Source: a virus (taxonomy: Duplodnaviria > Caudoviricetes). Taken from it: a stretch of DNA of 37,622 bases. Under the pieces are notes generated by a model. That model searched no databases. It was not told the origin of the DNA and was given only the letters and a program-made list of their open reading frames with translations. Position numbers and translations under genes: made by a program. The stretch is taken from the IMG/VR virus record IMGVR_UViG_3300032274_000023, positions 1 to 37,622 of that record. One strand, written 5' to 3'. Below, one piece after another: positions 1 to 9,578 of the stretch (position 1 is its first letter; every line of letters begins with the position of its first letter).

Positions 1-127
1 TATTCTGGCATAAAATCACGCAATACGAGGCGCATAGAAAAATAACAGGCAGATACTTTCAATGGGTCAAACTCCCGAATAGAGAGATAGTTCCTGATGT
101 GCTCTCGTTTCAGCTTGATACATGGAA
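1..127. repeat. Terminal direct repeat, copy 1 (identical to 37496-37622); circular assembly overlap
   Basis: The first 127 nt match the last 127 nt. 127 is a common assembler k-mer size, and an ORF reads through the junction. Confidence 0.95.
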
Positions 128-177
128 TGAGATTGAGTAATTATGAGCGAACAACTTAAAATGTTAAAGGGGGGATT

Positions 178-363
178 ATGAAAGACAGAAATTTAGAGAA
201 TTACTTAGTTGGTAGAAAGTTTGCACGGGAAGGTAAATTGTGGGTTATTACATGGAGTGACAAATCATCTATTCGTGCTACTCCGATGGATTGTAAAGAC
301 GGATTAACCTCATTAAGTTTTAAGATTGATGATATTGGCTTAGTTAATATGCATAAGGAATGA
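178..363 (+). CDS. Hypothetical protein (nin-like region)
   Basis: 61-aa ORF with GGGGG SD-like motif upstream, in a tightly packed operon. Confidence 0.65.
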   Translation: MKDRNLENYLVGRKFAREGKLWVITWSDKSSIRATPMDCKDGLTSLSFKIDDIGLVNMHKE

Positions 364-366
364 ATT

Positions 367-543
367 ATGAGCGAAGAACTTAAGCCTTGCCCATTTTGTG
401 GCGGTAAAGCCGAGAAAATAACAGAGGGTATTAATTATATTATCGTTGGTTGTAGGAGCTTAGCTTGCGGAGCTAGGCCGATAACTACCTGCTACGAGTC
501 AATTGACGGGTTTAATTTATGGCCTTGGAATAAACGAGCATGA
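367..543 (+). CDS. Lar-family restriction alleviation protein (58 aa, not in ORF track)
   Basis: Translated by hand: MSEELKPCPFCGG...VGCRSLACGA...WNKRA. The LKPCPFCGG and WNxR motifs are typical of Lar. Confidence 0.85.
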   Translation: MSEELKPCPFCGGKAEKITEGINYIIVGCRSLACGARPITTCYESIDGFNLWPWNKRA

Positions 544-728
544 GCCCATCAGTAAAAGACTACCTATCCAAGCATACTGTAACGCAATCTCAAGTCATCC
601 AAGACCAAAAGCGGTATACATGGGAAATGATTAAACAGGATATGCCTGAGATTGCGAATTTCGTACTGTTGATTAATAAAGCATTTGGAAAACCAGCGAG
701 GGTCGAATATGAAAGATTTCCTAAGTGA
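540..728 (+). CDS. Hypothetical protein
   Basis: 62-aa ORF with ATGA overlap to the Lar-like gene. Confidence 0.65.
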   Translation: MSPSVKDYLSKHTVTQSQVIQDQKRYTWEMIKQDMPEIANFVLLINKAFGKPARVEYERFPK

Positions 729-1041
729 AAAAGAAATTGAACGTGCTGTACGCTATCTAGCCACAAGTGCAGAGGAATTTGCATTAGCAAAGGCTAATAT
801 GAAATACCTTGAACACAAAAGAAAGTCAGTAAGAGCGGTTATTTCATTGAGGCAAACAGGTAAAAGTCAGGCTGAAAATGGCACGAGGGCAGAGGCTTCT
901 CAGGAATACCAAGATTTACTTGAAGAATTAAAGGATTCTATCGCTATATTCACTATTATTGACGCTAAACGAGCAGCGGCAGAGATTTGGGTAGAGGTAT
1001 TCAGGACTCAGGAAGCGAGTAAAAGACGTGGAAATATCTAA
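709..1041 (+). CDS. Helical/coiled-coil conserved phage protein
   Basis: GAGG at 698-701 precedes ATG 709. All-helical sequence (AEASQEYQDLL...WVEVFRTQEAS). Confidence 0.7.
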   Translation: MKDFLSEKEIERAVRYLATSAEEFALAKANMKYLEHKRKSVRAVISLRQTGKSQAENGTRAEASQEYQDLLEELKDSIAIFTIIDAKRAAAEIWVEVFRTQEASKRRGNI

Positions 1042-1237
1042 CAACCCCATATTCCAAAAGTATGCCTATGAGAAGTTTATAGAAAAGTATCCAAATATAA
1101 GACGAGAACAAGGCGCTCCACTAGCAAGGAATTTTATTTATAGAAGCTGCAAGGCGAAAAGGATTGTTGAGTTAGAAAATAACCCAATATTAGATAGATT
1201 AATGAAAGCCTACGAGAAATGGTGTGATGATGAATAA
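1028..1237 (+). CDS. Hypothetical protein
   Basis: 69-aa ORF overlapping the upstream stop. Confidence 0.5.
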   Translation: MEISNNPIFQKYAYEKFIEKYPNIRREQGAPLARNFIYRSCKAKRIVELENNPILDRLMKAYEKWCDDE

Positions 1238-1318
1238 ATGCAGCTTAATATGTTTCGGTGCAATGTTATATCTAGCTATCTGTTTATTATTTGTGGTAAT
1301 GTAACTAAAATCCCTTTT

Positions 1319-1362
1319 CCCTACATTCAATTGCTCCCCTGCTTTAGTTTGTAGGGTTTTTT
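1319..1362 (+). terminator. Possible intrinsic terminator ending the nin-like operon
   Basis: CCCTACA...TGTAGGG followed by T6, but the loop is long (24 nt). Confidence 0.45.
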
Positions 1363-1380
1363 ATGTTATATCCTTACCTA

Positions 1381-1408
1381 TTGCTAATTAAGCTCATTCC
1401 ACTATAAT
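1381..1408 (+). promoter_or_regulatory. Candidate sigma70 promoter for the late operon
   Basis: TTGCTA-16 nt-TATAAT, with a second TATAAT at 1414-1419. Confidence 0.45.
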
Positions 1409-1435
1409 CATTCTATAATCTAATAGAGATACTTT

Positions 1436-3088
1436 ATGCCTAGTTATTCAATAGCATTCACGGGAACGGCTTATGCCAATGGCAACTACTATCTTAATGA
1501 TACGTCGGCGGCCAATGATTTTACAGGAAGGCTAAAGCAGGGGCATTTTGTCGAAGGTGTTCCGTGGACTTCTGTTGCTTACGCTAGTCAAGTAGCATTA
1601 GATACTACTCCTTTTGTTACTTACCCAAGACCCGACGCAGAAGTAAGTGCAAATGCAATGCATCGATGGGCACATAGCTCACTTGATTATATTGTTGAGT
1701 GCACGCAAAAAAGTGGAGCAAGGCCTTACTATTCAGAAATTGATACTACAAACACTAATGCCGCTTTAACAGCAGCAGCAACGATGACCTTGGTAACCCC
1801 CGCTGACACACAATTGCACCCTTATTACTTATTTCGTATCCCTGCTGCGACAATTGCAGGGCTCAGCACACTAACAGATTACGCTGTTTACATTAAGACG
1901 AAAGGTCAAGACGGAAAAGAGCTTAAAACATTCTGGTCTTTTAGAAAAGAAGCCGCAGAATTAGATCATTTTTTCTTTGTAGACAAAACCAATGCTGGAA
2001 CAGCCGACGGTAAGTTTTTAACTCCGTTCACAAATTTGAGTCAAGTTGGCTGGCTAGATAGTGGAGGCGGGTTAAGTTCAGCCGGTAAAATCCTTGTGAT
2101 TAAAGAAGGGGACTCTCAAACAACACCCTATACTAAGTCTGCGAATTGGAATATATCCACAACAAACTTTCCTATTGGGATACAAAATGTTTACGGCGAA
2201 CGTCCAAAAGTTGATTTGAGAGCCTTAAACGTAATGTACGCGCTTTCAACGGGTTCAGATGATTTTGCTATGCATGGTATTGAAGTCATTAATGGTATTG
2301 TCGGCACAGGTGTAGGGAGAGGCGCGTTTTCAAATGGATTTAACAACCCATTCAGTCGAATACATATATCAGATTGCATATTCGATACCGTGGCCGCATG
2401 GGATGCAGGAGCAAATAATAGTAGTGGATTGCAATTAGAGAGTAATAGCGCACGCCAACATATCTCTTATCACAATTTAACCTTCAAGAACTTTGCAGGG
2501 TCAACCATTATCAACAATGGTGCGCCTTTTATCGTGTCAGGCGTCAAGTATAGTTCATTCGATAACATATCAGTGACTAATATAGGGACAGCCATTGACT
2601 CTGTTGCCGCGGTTGTAGTGATAAAACATGCTGTAACCGATACATCAATTACTAATGTAACTGCAATTACAGGTATTTATGTTGGATGGAATGGGGGTAT
2701 TATATCAGACGATACAAGTGACACTATTTATAAAATGAATAATATAGAAATCAATCATAACAATCTCTACCTTCAAGATAGTTTGAAAGGGATAACTCTT
2801 CCAGGAACTATTTCACTGACACAAACAGACGGGCCGCATTATGTTTTTAGAAATACGCTTAGAGGGTCAGGGATAAGAATCGGAGCAACAAATGCGTCTC
2901 AAATAGATATTAAAAACAATGTAACAACTTCACTAAATATATTTGATGATGCCTCACAATCAACCGTCAGCAGCAAAAATACGGATAGAGCTGTTTTAGC
3001 AGATATGAATGCAGACGGCACTTTAACCGCTGCATACCTCACAGCCAATGGGTTGGAACGTGGTGAAATTGGAGATGAGGATGCATAA
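1436..3088 (+). CDS. Large right-handed beta-helix (pectin lyase-like) protein, probably virion-associated
   Basis: FFVDK...G.ADG....PF...AGKILVIKEG beta-helix cap, then Asn-ladder strands (ISDCIFD, IEINHNNLY, VFRNTL, IKNNV). No signal peptide. Confidence 0.65.
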   Translation: MPSYSIAFTGTAYANGNYYLNDTSAANDFTGRLKQGHFVEGVPWTSVAYASQVALDTTPFVTYPRPDAEVSANAMHRWAHSSLDYIVECTQKSGARPYYSEIDTTNTNAALTAAATMTLVTPADTQLHPYYLFRIPAATIAGLSTLTDYAVYIKTKGQDGKELKTFWSFRKEAAELDHFFFVDKTNAGTADGKFLTPFTNLSQVGWLDSGGGLSSAGKILVIKEGDSQTTPYTKSANWNISTTNFPIGIQNVYGERPKVDLRALNVMYALSTGSDDFAMHGIEVINGIVGTGVGRGAFSNGFNNPFSRIHISDCIFDTVAAWDAGANNSSGLQLESNSARQHISYHNLTFKNFAGSTIINNGAPFIVSGVKYSSFDNISVTNIGTAIDSVAAVVVIKHAVTDTSITNVTAITGIYVGWNGGIISDDTSDTIYKMNNIEINHNNLYLQDSLKGITLPGTISLTQTDGPHYVFRNTLRGSGIRIGATNASQIDIKNNVTTSLNIFDDASQSTVSSKNTDRAVLADMNADGTLTAAYLTANGLERGEIGDEDA

Positions 3089-4791
3089 TGAGTTCTTATA
3101 ATGTTGGCGTAGGCCAAACGTATACAACCTTTTCCGCTTTAATTGCAACACTCACATTGCCAGAAGCAGGAGGGACAGTATTTAATGTCTTTGGGACAAT
3201 CACCGAAGATGTCACATTTTTAGCCGCAGACTTTCCTACGAACTTAACTTTTAATGCTGCGACAGGTGAAGAAGTTAATGGCGTAGGAGTGGGCGCAACG
3301 ATTGCAGGGACAATAACTTGTCAAAGTACTGACACAGTTTTTAATAATCTAAGAATATGGCAAGCTGTTTGTTTTCAGGTAAGAAACGGAACAGCCGACA
3401 ATTGCTTTTTCGGAAATTATGCTGAAACGAGTGGGCTTCGTGGTGGTACTGCGGCAGGAATGGTGGTAACGAACTGTATTTTTGCTTTTTCAGATAGACC
3501 CTGGGACTCTAACGGGCCGACTACCGGAATTTCTTTTGTAAACTGCACTGCATTAAATCATGCAACGGTAGGTTGGCGTAGATGTGGCGTAACAAATTGT
3601 CATTCTTATAACAATACAGGTGCAGATTATTCTACGGATATAAATGCAGGGTCAACTTATTGTTCAGACAGTGATGGCACGGCTTCTACAGCAGGTGTTA
3701 CAACAACTTTCCCGAATCGAACTGATACAGACTTTTTTGATTTCTACAGCAACAACTTTGACACAGCAAGAGAATCCACTTTAAGTACCGCTAATGCCAG
3801 CGGAGGGCCGATAGGTGCAGTTCTTTCTAAGCTTTATACGTTTAGAACTGTAGCGAGAGGTGATACTCTTGTAAAATTAGGGATTAAAAATGGATCGGCA
3901 GCTCAAGGTACGGCAACGGTAACATTAAATAGCCAAGCTTGTACTATTACAACTTATCCAGGAAGTAATGGCGATGTTGAAGTAACAGTACCAGCCACAC
4001 TAGCTAGTTTATACGGTAGTTTCCCCTTCGTTTACACAGATAACGATGCAACTACACGTACAAGTACTGTTATCCCCTTTACCCCCGCCGCTGGAAGACA
4101 GTATGTAGACCTAGTTGGCCCAATCACAACAAGTCCTTACGGGCTATATAATTATGAAGGGACTCCAGCGCCAGTAACGGGTGACCAATACGAAGTGAAC
4201 GCGGCAACGTCTCCAACAAGCATAGGCATAACGGCTTTAGCAACAAGTGAAATTGTACTCGATAGTGCCCCAACGGTTACACAGACATGGGATAATCAAG
4301 TATTACGCGCTGCAACTGGCGTGAGAAGTGCTACATGGACAACCACGTTAGTTGTTGGAGCTATTTTAACGGGGACTGCAAACGACAGCATTACAGAAGA
4401 TACTATAGATGGCTCAACCAGTATTATCACGTTAACGGCTGATACCTGGATTGCAGCAGGAACGGGAGCTATTGGTACAGCCGCTCAAACTCAATCAATT
4501 ATCGATTTATTCGTAGCTGCGCAAATTGAAACATTAGGCTGGAATAACCAGGTTACTGGGGTCTTGGTAAGAACAAGTCCCACAATTGCTACGATTACAT
4601 GGACTTCAAACGCCCATGATATAACAGCTCAAGAAACAGTGACACCTGGGAATATCCCTAACGCCGTATTAACAACAGGTATAGTTGATTTAGCAATAAC
4701 GGGTAGTTTTACGGTTGATATTGTTGCTGCTGTTGGTGGTGGTATTGGAGGATTTATATCAAACTTTGGAAAATTAGGATTAAGAGGATAG
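3088..4791 (+). CDS. Beta-helix plus Ig-like/beta-sandwich Thr-rich protein, probably virion-associated fibre
   Basis: YNVGVGQTYTTFSALI cap, repeated NC motifs (DNCFF, TNCIF, VNCTA, TNCHS), Thr-rich beta C-terminal half. TAATG coupling to the upstream gene. Confidence 0.65.
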   Translation: MSSYNVGVGQTYTTFSALIATLTLPEAGGTVFNVFGTITEDVTFLAADFPTNLTFNAATGEEVNGVGVGATIAGTITCQSTDTVFNNLRIWQAVCFQVRNGTADNCFFGNYAETSGLRGGTAAGMVVTNCIFAFSDRPWDSNGPTTGISFVNCTALNHATVGWRRCGVTNCHSYNNTGADYSTDINAGSTYCSDSDGTASTAGVTTTFPNRTDTDFFDFYSNNFDTARESTLSTANASGGPIGAVLSKLYTFRTVARGDTLVKLGIKNGSAAQGTATVTLNSQACTITTYPGSNGDVEVTVPATLASLYGSFPFVYTDNDATTRTSTVIPFTPAAGRQYVDLVGPITTSPYGLYNYEGTPAPVTGDQYEVNAATSPTSIGITALATSEIVLDSAPTVTQTWDNQVLRAATGVRSATWTTTLVVGAILTGTANDSITEDTIDGSTSIITLTADTWIAAGTGAIGTAAQTQSIIDLFVAAQIETLGWNNQVTGVLVRTSPTIATITWTSNAHDITAQETVTPGNIPNAVLTTGIVDLAITGSFTVDIVAAVGGGIGGFISNFGKLGLRG

Positions 4792-4795
4792 AAAA

Positions 4796-5095
4796 ATGGC
4801 TACAATTGAAATTACGGAATACGATACACTTACCAAGGATTTAAAAGGGTATGAAGTACAAGCCCCTCAAGAGCCTTCGTTAATTGTTCAAAATGTAACA
4901 TACACGACAGCAACGAACTCGGCTTTGTTACAAGCAACAACCAAGTTGGTACGCATTAAAACATCAGCAATTGCTTATATAAAGTTCAATGGAACAGCCT
5001 CCGCATCTGGATGCACAAGTTTAGCGGCCGATACCGTTGAATACTTTGGCGTGAAGGGCGGAACATTTATATCAATTTATGATGGAACAAGCTAA
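4796..5095 (+). CDS. Small all-beta protein, candidate capsid decoration protein
   Basis: 99 aa, beta-rich, GAGGA SD, directly upstream of terS, where P22-like phage L has dec. Function inferred from position. Confidence 0.5.
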   Translation: MATIEITEYDTLTKDLKGYEVQAPQEPSLIVQNVTYTTATNSALLQATTKLVRIKTSAIAYIKFNGTASASGCTSLAADTVEYFGVKGGTFISIYDGTS

Positions 5096-5137
5096 AATAG
5101 TAGAACGCCCACAGATAGCGTATATCTGGCCGGCCTT

Positions 5138-5623
5138 ATGGCCTATAACTACGAGTACAAGAAAGTGGAAGAAACAAACCCTGTAGGAAGACCGCTAAAG
5201 TATACATCTGCTGCCGATATGCAGGACGACATAGATCTATATTTTATTGCTTGCCGGTTTAATCGACTTGCTGACGATGAAGCAATCAAAGGTTTATCAG
5301 ACGAACAAAAAGAATCAATTAAACAGATAGAAGAATTAACACCAATAGTCTCAGGGCTAGCTTATTGGCTTGACATGGCCACAGAAACACTAAGGGCTTA
5401 CGGGTTAAAGGATGAATATTCTGCGACTATAAAAAGAGCAAAGCAAAGAATTGAGATGTCACTAGAGCAAAGTCTAGCAGGTACGGCGGTTACAGGCTCA
5501 ATATTCAACCTTAAAAATAACTTCGGCTGGAAGGATAAAACCGAGACAGACCTCACAAGCGGAGGGAAAGCCATTAAGAATGATTGGCATATCTACCCCG
5601 TAACAACACATGCCAAAGATTGA
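5138..5623 (+). CDS. terS: Terminase small subunit (P22 gp3-like DNA-packaging protein)
   Basis: GRPLKY, GLAYWL...TL..Y and IFNLKNNFGWKDK motifs; directly upstream of TerL. Confidence 0.9.
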   Translation: MAYNYEYKKVEETNPVGRPLKYTSAADMQDDIDLYFIACRFNRLADDEAIKGLSDEQKESIKQIEELTPIVSGLAYWLDMATETLRAYGLKDEYSATIKRAKQRIEMSLEQSLAGTAVTGSIFNLKNNFGWKDKTETDLTSGGKAIKNDWHIYPVTTHAKD

Positions 5624-7070
5624 TCTACAGATAACCGATAAACTCGCATGGTTACTCTCTAAACCTAAACGAATAAAGATAGCTGTTGGTGGGCGTGGAT
5701 CTCAAAAGTCTACTGGTGTCGGTGATATTATGATTATGTTCGCCGATAAAGGTGAGCGTATATGCTGCTCAAGAGAATATCAAAACTCCATAGATGATTC
5801 AGTCCATGAAAACCTAAAGCAAGAAATTGATAGATTAGGCGTGGAAGGGTTTACTTGCCTTAATAACGAGATACGAAGCCAAAGCACCGGCGAGATATTT
5901 TACAAGGGATTAGCCAGGAATATTACCTCTTTGAAGTCTTTAGCTGGCGTTCAACGGCTTTGGATAGAGGAAGGGGAGTCGGTAAGCCATAAATCATTAA
6001 AAGTCCTCACACCCTCTATTCGCTCAAGTGCTGCTAGTAATTTAGAAGGGGAGGATTCACCAGAAATATGGATTACCATGAATCGGGGTAATTCATCGGG
6101 CGCTATCGCTCAGAAGTACTTAAAACGTGCTGAAGCATCTCTTAAAAAGATCGGCTACTATGAAGACAATTTAATTATGGTTGTCCAGGTTAATTGGCGT
6201 GATAATCCTTGGTTCCCGCCTGAGTTGGAGCAAGAGCGATTAGATGACTTTGAGAACAACTCCCGCGCTGAATATGATTCTATCTGGGAAAATGAGTACG
6301 ATGATACGGTATCGGGCGCGATTATCCCACCCGAATGGTTTGATGCTGCCATTGATGCGCATATTGTTAAAGGGTTTGAGCCTACAGGTATCGAGCTTGT
6401 TTCACATGACCCGTCCGACTTAGGCCCAGACTCTAAAGGATTAGTTCACCGACACGGCTCTGTTGTGTTAAATGTATTAGAGAAAGATGATGGAGATGTT
6501 AACGAAGGGTGCGATTGGGCTACTGATTACGCTATAAACAATCAAGTTGATGCCTTTATATGGGATGGAGACGGTCTAGGCGTTACGCTAAGGCGGCAAA
6601 TATCCGAAGCTCTAACAGGTAAGAAGATAGAGCCACACATGTTTAGAGGCTCAGAGGGTGCGGATAATCCAAATGTTTTATACATGCCTGCTGATAAAGG
6701 CAAGAAAGATATTAAAGGAAAGACAAATAAAGATACCTTCACCAATAAGCGCGCCCAGTACTATTGGGCTTTAAGAGACAGATTTTATAATACTTATCTA
6801 TCGGTTGTTAAAAACCAGTACATTAACCCTGATGATATGATTTCACTCTCATCTAGCATTGAATGCCTTGACAAGTTAAGGACAGAGGTATGCAAAATAC
6901 CAAGAAAGCCAAGCGGTAACGGTAAGATACAGATATTAAGTAAAATTGAAATGAAAAAACTTGAGATACCATCACCAAACCTCGCCGATAGCTTAATGAT
7001 GAGCCTCGATGCTCCGAATATTAGCAATTTAGCGAATATTGAATTAGAATTTGATTCATTATGGAACTAG
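5610..7070 (+). CDS. terL: Terminase large subunit (PBSX/Terminase_3-like)
   Basis: Walker A GGRGSQKS, CSREYQNSI, Walker B WIEEGE, NWRDNPWFP, nuclease HDPSD...D and SPNLADSLMM. Confidence 0.97.
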   Translation: MPKIDLQITDKLAWLLSKPKRIKIAVGGRGSQKSTGVGDIMIMFADKGERICCSREYQNSIDDSVHENLKQEIDRLGVEGFTCLNNEIRSQSTGEIFYKGLARNITSLKSLAGVQRLWIEEGESVSHKSLKVLTPSIRSSAASNLEGEDSPEIWITMNRGNSSGAIAQKYLKRAEASLKKIGYYEDNLIMVVQVNWRDNPWFPPELEQERLDDFENNSRAEYDSIWENEYDDTVSGAIIPPEWFDAAIDAHIVKGFEPTGIELVSHDPSDLGPDSKGLVHRHGSVVLNVLEKDDGDVNEGCDWATDYAINNQVDAFIWDGDGLGVTLRRQISEALTGKKIEPHMFRGSEGADNPNVLYMPADKGKKDIKGKTNKDTFTNKRAQYYWALRDRFYNTYLSVVKNQYINPDDMISLSSSIECLDKLRTEVCKIPRKPSGNGKIQILSKIEMKKLEIPSPNLADSLMMSLDAPNISNLANIELEFDSLWN

Positions 7071-7079
7071 GAGCCACTC

Positions 7080-9176
7080 ATGGCAGATTATGAAGATATA
7101 ACCGTTGTTAACAAACTGCTATCTGATGCTCAAGAGGTCGAACACGACAATAGAGAGCAAGTAAGGGAGGACACCCACTTTTTACAAAAAGAAGACGGGC
7201 AATGGGAGCCTAGCGTGGTTTCTAAAATGTCCAATCGACCACGATACACGTTTGATAAATGTAACCCGGTTGTCGATTCAATTGCCGGTGAAATGGAACA
7301 AAAAGAATTTGGTATAAAAGTTTCCCCCGCTGGCGGAGAATCATCACAGGACACCGCTAAGATATTAAACGGCCTTATTCGCAATATCCAATCTATGTCA
7401 GGGGCTATCCATACGTTTAACTCAGCAGGCCGTAAAATGGTTATGGCTGGCTTTGATGCATGGAGGGTTACGCAGGAATGGGGTGATTCATTTGACCAAG
7501 ATTTATACATTAGAAAGATTTCAAACGCTGTTGACCGGGTTTGGTTTGATACCGGAGCCGAATTGCAAGATATGTCCGACGCTAATCATGCCTTTGTTCT
7601 TCAAGCGCTAACAATAGATGAATATGAAAAGAAATTCCCCAAAGGTTCAAAGCAATCCGTTGGTGACTCGAAAACAGAACAAGTCTATTCATATAAGCCA
7701 AAGATAATAGTTGTTGGTGAAATTCTATACAAGAAGTCATTCAATAAAGAAATCGTATTAATGAGTAATAATAAGGTTTATGACGTTGATGATAAATATG
7801 AAAGCGTTGCCGAAGAGTTAAAAGCGGACGGTATTACCGAATCACGCAGACGCACAGTAAAATCACATAAGGTCATGAGTCGATTATTTGATGGTACGAC
7901 CTTCCTAAGTGATGCTAAAGAGACAGTATTCGACTTTATACCAGTTGTTCCTGTCTATGGTAACTTTGATATTTCAGAAGATAAAGTGGTATATCGAGGT
8001 GCGATTAATAAGTTAAAAGACTCTCAACGGGTTTTAAACTACGCACAAAGTAGAGAGATTGAAGAGGGCGCACTGGCTCCGCGTGGCAAGTACTGGATGA
8101 CCCGCGAACAAGCCGAGAAGGATAAGGCGAAGCTCCAGACATTAAATACAAATTCCGATCCAGTTCAAACCTATACCCATATTGACGGTGTATTACCTCC
8201 GTACTGGCAAGGCGGCGCACAAATCAACGCAGGACTTCAATTAACTTCTGCATCGATGAACCAGAACATTATGGAATCATCGGGCATATTCGCTGCTAAC
8301 CAGGGGAATGCGCCTGACCAATCAGGCTATGCTATTGAGTTACAGCAGGATAAAGGCGACACCTCCACTATTAAATACTTTACGTCTAAGCAAATAGCGG
8401 TAGAACACACCGCGCGCATTATAATCAATGCTATTCCTAAGATTTACGACACTAAAAGAACGGTGCGCATCTTAGGTGAGGACGACTCAAGCAAGATGGA
8501 GACGATTAACGATCAAGTTTGGGATAACGAAACGCAAAAGAATGTATCTCTTAATGATTTAAGAAAGGGTAAATATGACGTGACTTGTGACATCGGCGAA
8601 GCCTTTAAAAACCGTCAACAAGAAACAGACCGCGCCTTTATTGCTATTTCAGCTATTGACCCGTCTATTATCGGTCAAGGTAAGGATATTTGGTTAAATA
8701 ACCTATCTGCTCCAGGTATGGACTTGATGGCAGAGCGCGCGCGTAAACAGTTATTAGAAGCCGGTCAAATCCCCGACAGTCAAATGACGGATGAAGAGAA
8801 GACGCGCGCACAAGCTATCATTGACAACGCTAAGCAGAACCCACCACAGCCAACCGCAATGGATCAAGCTCTAATAGGCCAAACAGAGGCTAATACCGCT
8901 GATATTCAATCTAAGATGCAGGAAAGGGCTGATAAATCTATATTAGCCGCTGAGAAACTACGGCTTGAAGAGAACAAGCAGAATATGGCAATGCAACAGC
9001 AGATGTTCGACCAGCAAAAAGCTATTATTGAGGCTTTGAACACTCAGGCTGATACATTGAATAAACTCCGTGAAGGCATGACAACCGAGAAAGGCGCAGA
9101 GAATTACGAAGACCAGACCGAGATTATCGGAGAGACTCAGGATAGAATTGAATCCCCTGACGATGTTTCACGATGA
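7080..9176 (+). CDS. Portal protein (P22 gp1-like)
   Basis: 698 aa after TerL. GQW...RP..TFDK, IPVVPVYG, KDSQRVLNY and IPKIYDTKRTVRILGED motifs; Gln-rich C-terminal helical barrel. Confidence 0.95.
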   Translation: MADYEDITVVNKLLSDAQEVEHDNREQVREDTHFLQKEDGQWEPSVVSKMSNRPRYTFDKCNPVVDSIAGEMEQKEFGIKVSPAGGESSQDTAKILNGLIRNIQSMSGAIHTFNSAGRKMVMAGFDAWRVTQEWGDSFDQDLYIRKISNAVDRVWFDTGAELQDMSDANHAFVLQALTIDEYEKKFPKGSKQSVGDSKTEQVYSYKPKIIVVGEILYKKSFNKEIVLMSNNKVYDVDDKYESVAEELKADGITESRRRTVKSHKVMSRLFDGTTFLSDAKETVFDFIPVVPVYGNFDISEDKVVYRGAINKLKDSQRVLNYAQSREIEEGALAPRGKYWMTREQAEKDKAKLQTLNTNSDPVQTYTHIDGVLPPYWQGGAQINAGLQLTSASMNQNIMESSGIFAANQGNAPDQSGYAIELQQDKGDTSTIKYFTSKQIAVEHTARIIINAIPKIYDTKRTVRILGEDDSSKMETINDQVWDNETQKNVSLNDLRKGKYDVTCDIGEAFKNRQQETDRAFIAISAIDPSIIGQGKDIWLNNLSAPGMDLMAERARKQLLEAGQIPDSQMTDEEKTRAQAIIDNAKQNPPQPTAMDQALIGQTEANTADIQSKMQERADKSILAAEKLRLEENKQNMAMQQQMFDQQKAIIEALNTQADTLNKLREGMTTEKGAENYEDQTEIIGETQDRIESPDDVSR

Positions 9177-9195
9177 ACCAAAGCTAAGGTAGTTT

Positions 9196-9507
9196 ATGAA
9201 GAGCACATGTAGCAAATGCGGATCGATACACGAGAGGATTTTACAGCGGTATTGCTTATCCTGCCACGCTGAATATATGAGGAGTACTAGGTTAAAACAT
9301 TCTGAGCTATCTGATGAGCAGCGGAGGCGGGCAAACGCAAGAAGCTACGCAAACGTTTACAAGCAAAGGGGCAAGCTAATACAAGAAAGCTGTAAATGCG
9401 GCAATGAAAACACAGAAATGCATCATGAAGATTATAATAAGCCGTTAGAAGTAGTCTGGTTATGTCGAGACTGCCATTTGGATCATCATAATATGTACAA
9501 ATACTAA
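9196..9507 (+). CDS. HNH endonuclease-like protein
   Basis: CxxC pairs and [19 protein letters not shown] motif. Confidence 0.85.
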   Translation: MKSTCSKCGSIHERILQRYCLSCHAEYMRSTRLKHSELSDEQRRRANARSYANVYKQRGKLIQESCKCGNENTEMHHEDYNKPLEVVWLCRDCHLDHHNMYKY

Positions 9508-9578
9508 ATAACTGATATACTAATATACAAACTTACGTGAAGTTATCACGGCATACTTACTCGAAAGAGGCTACTACC

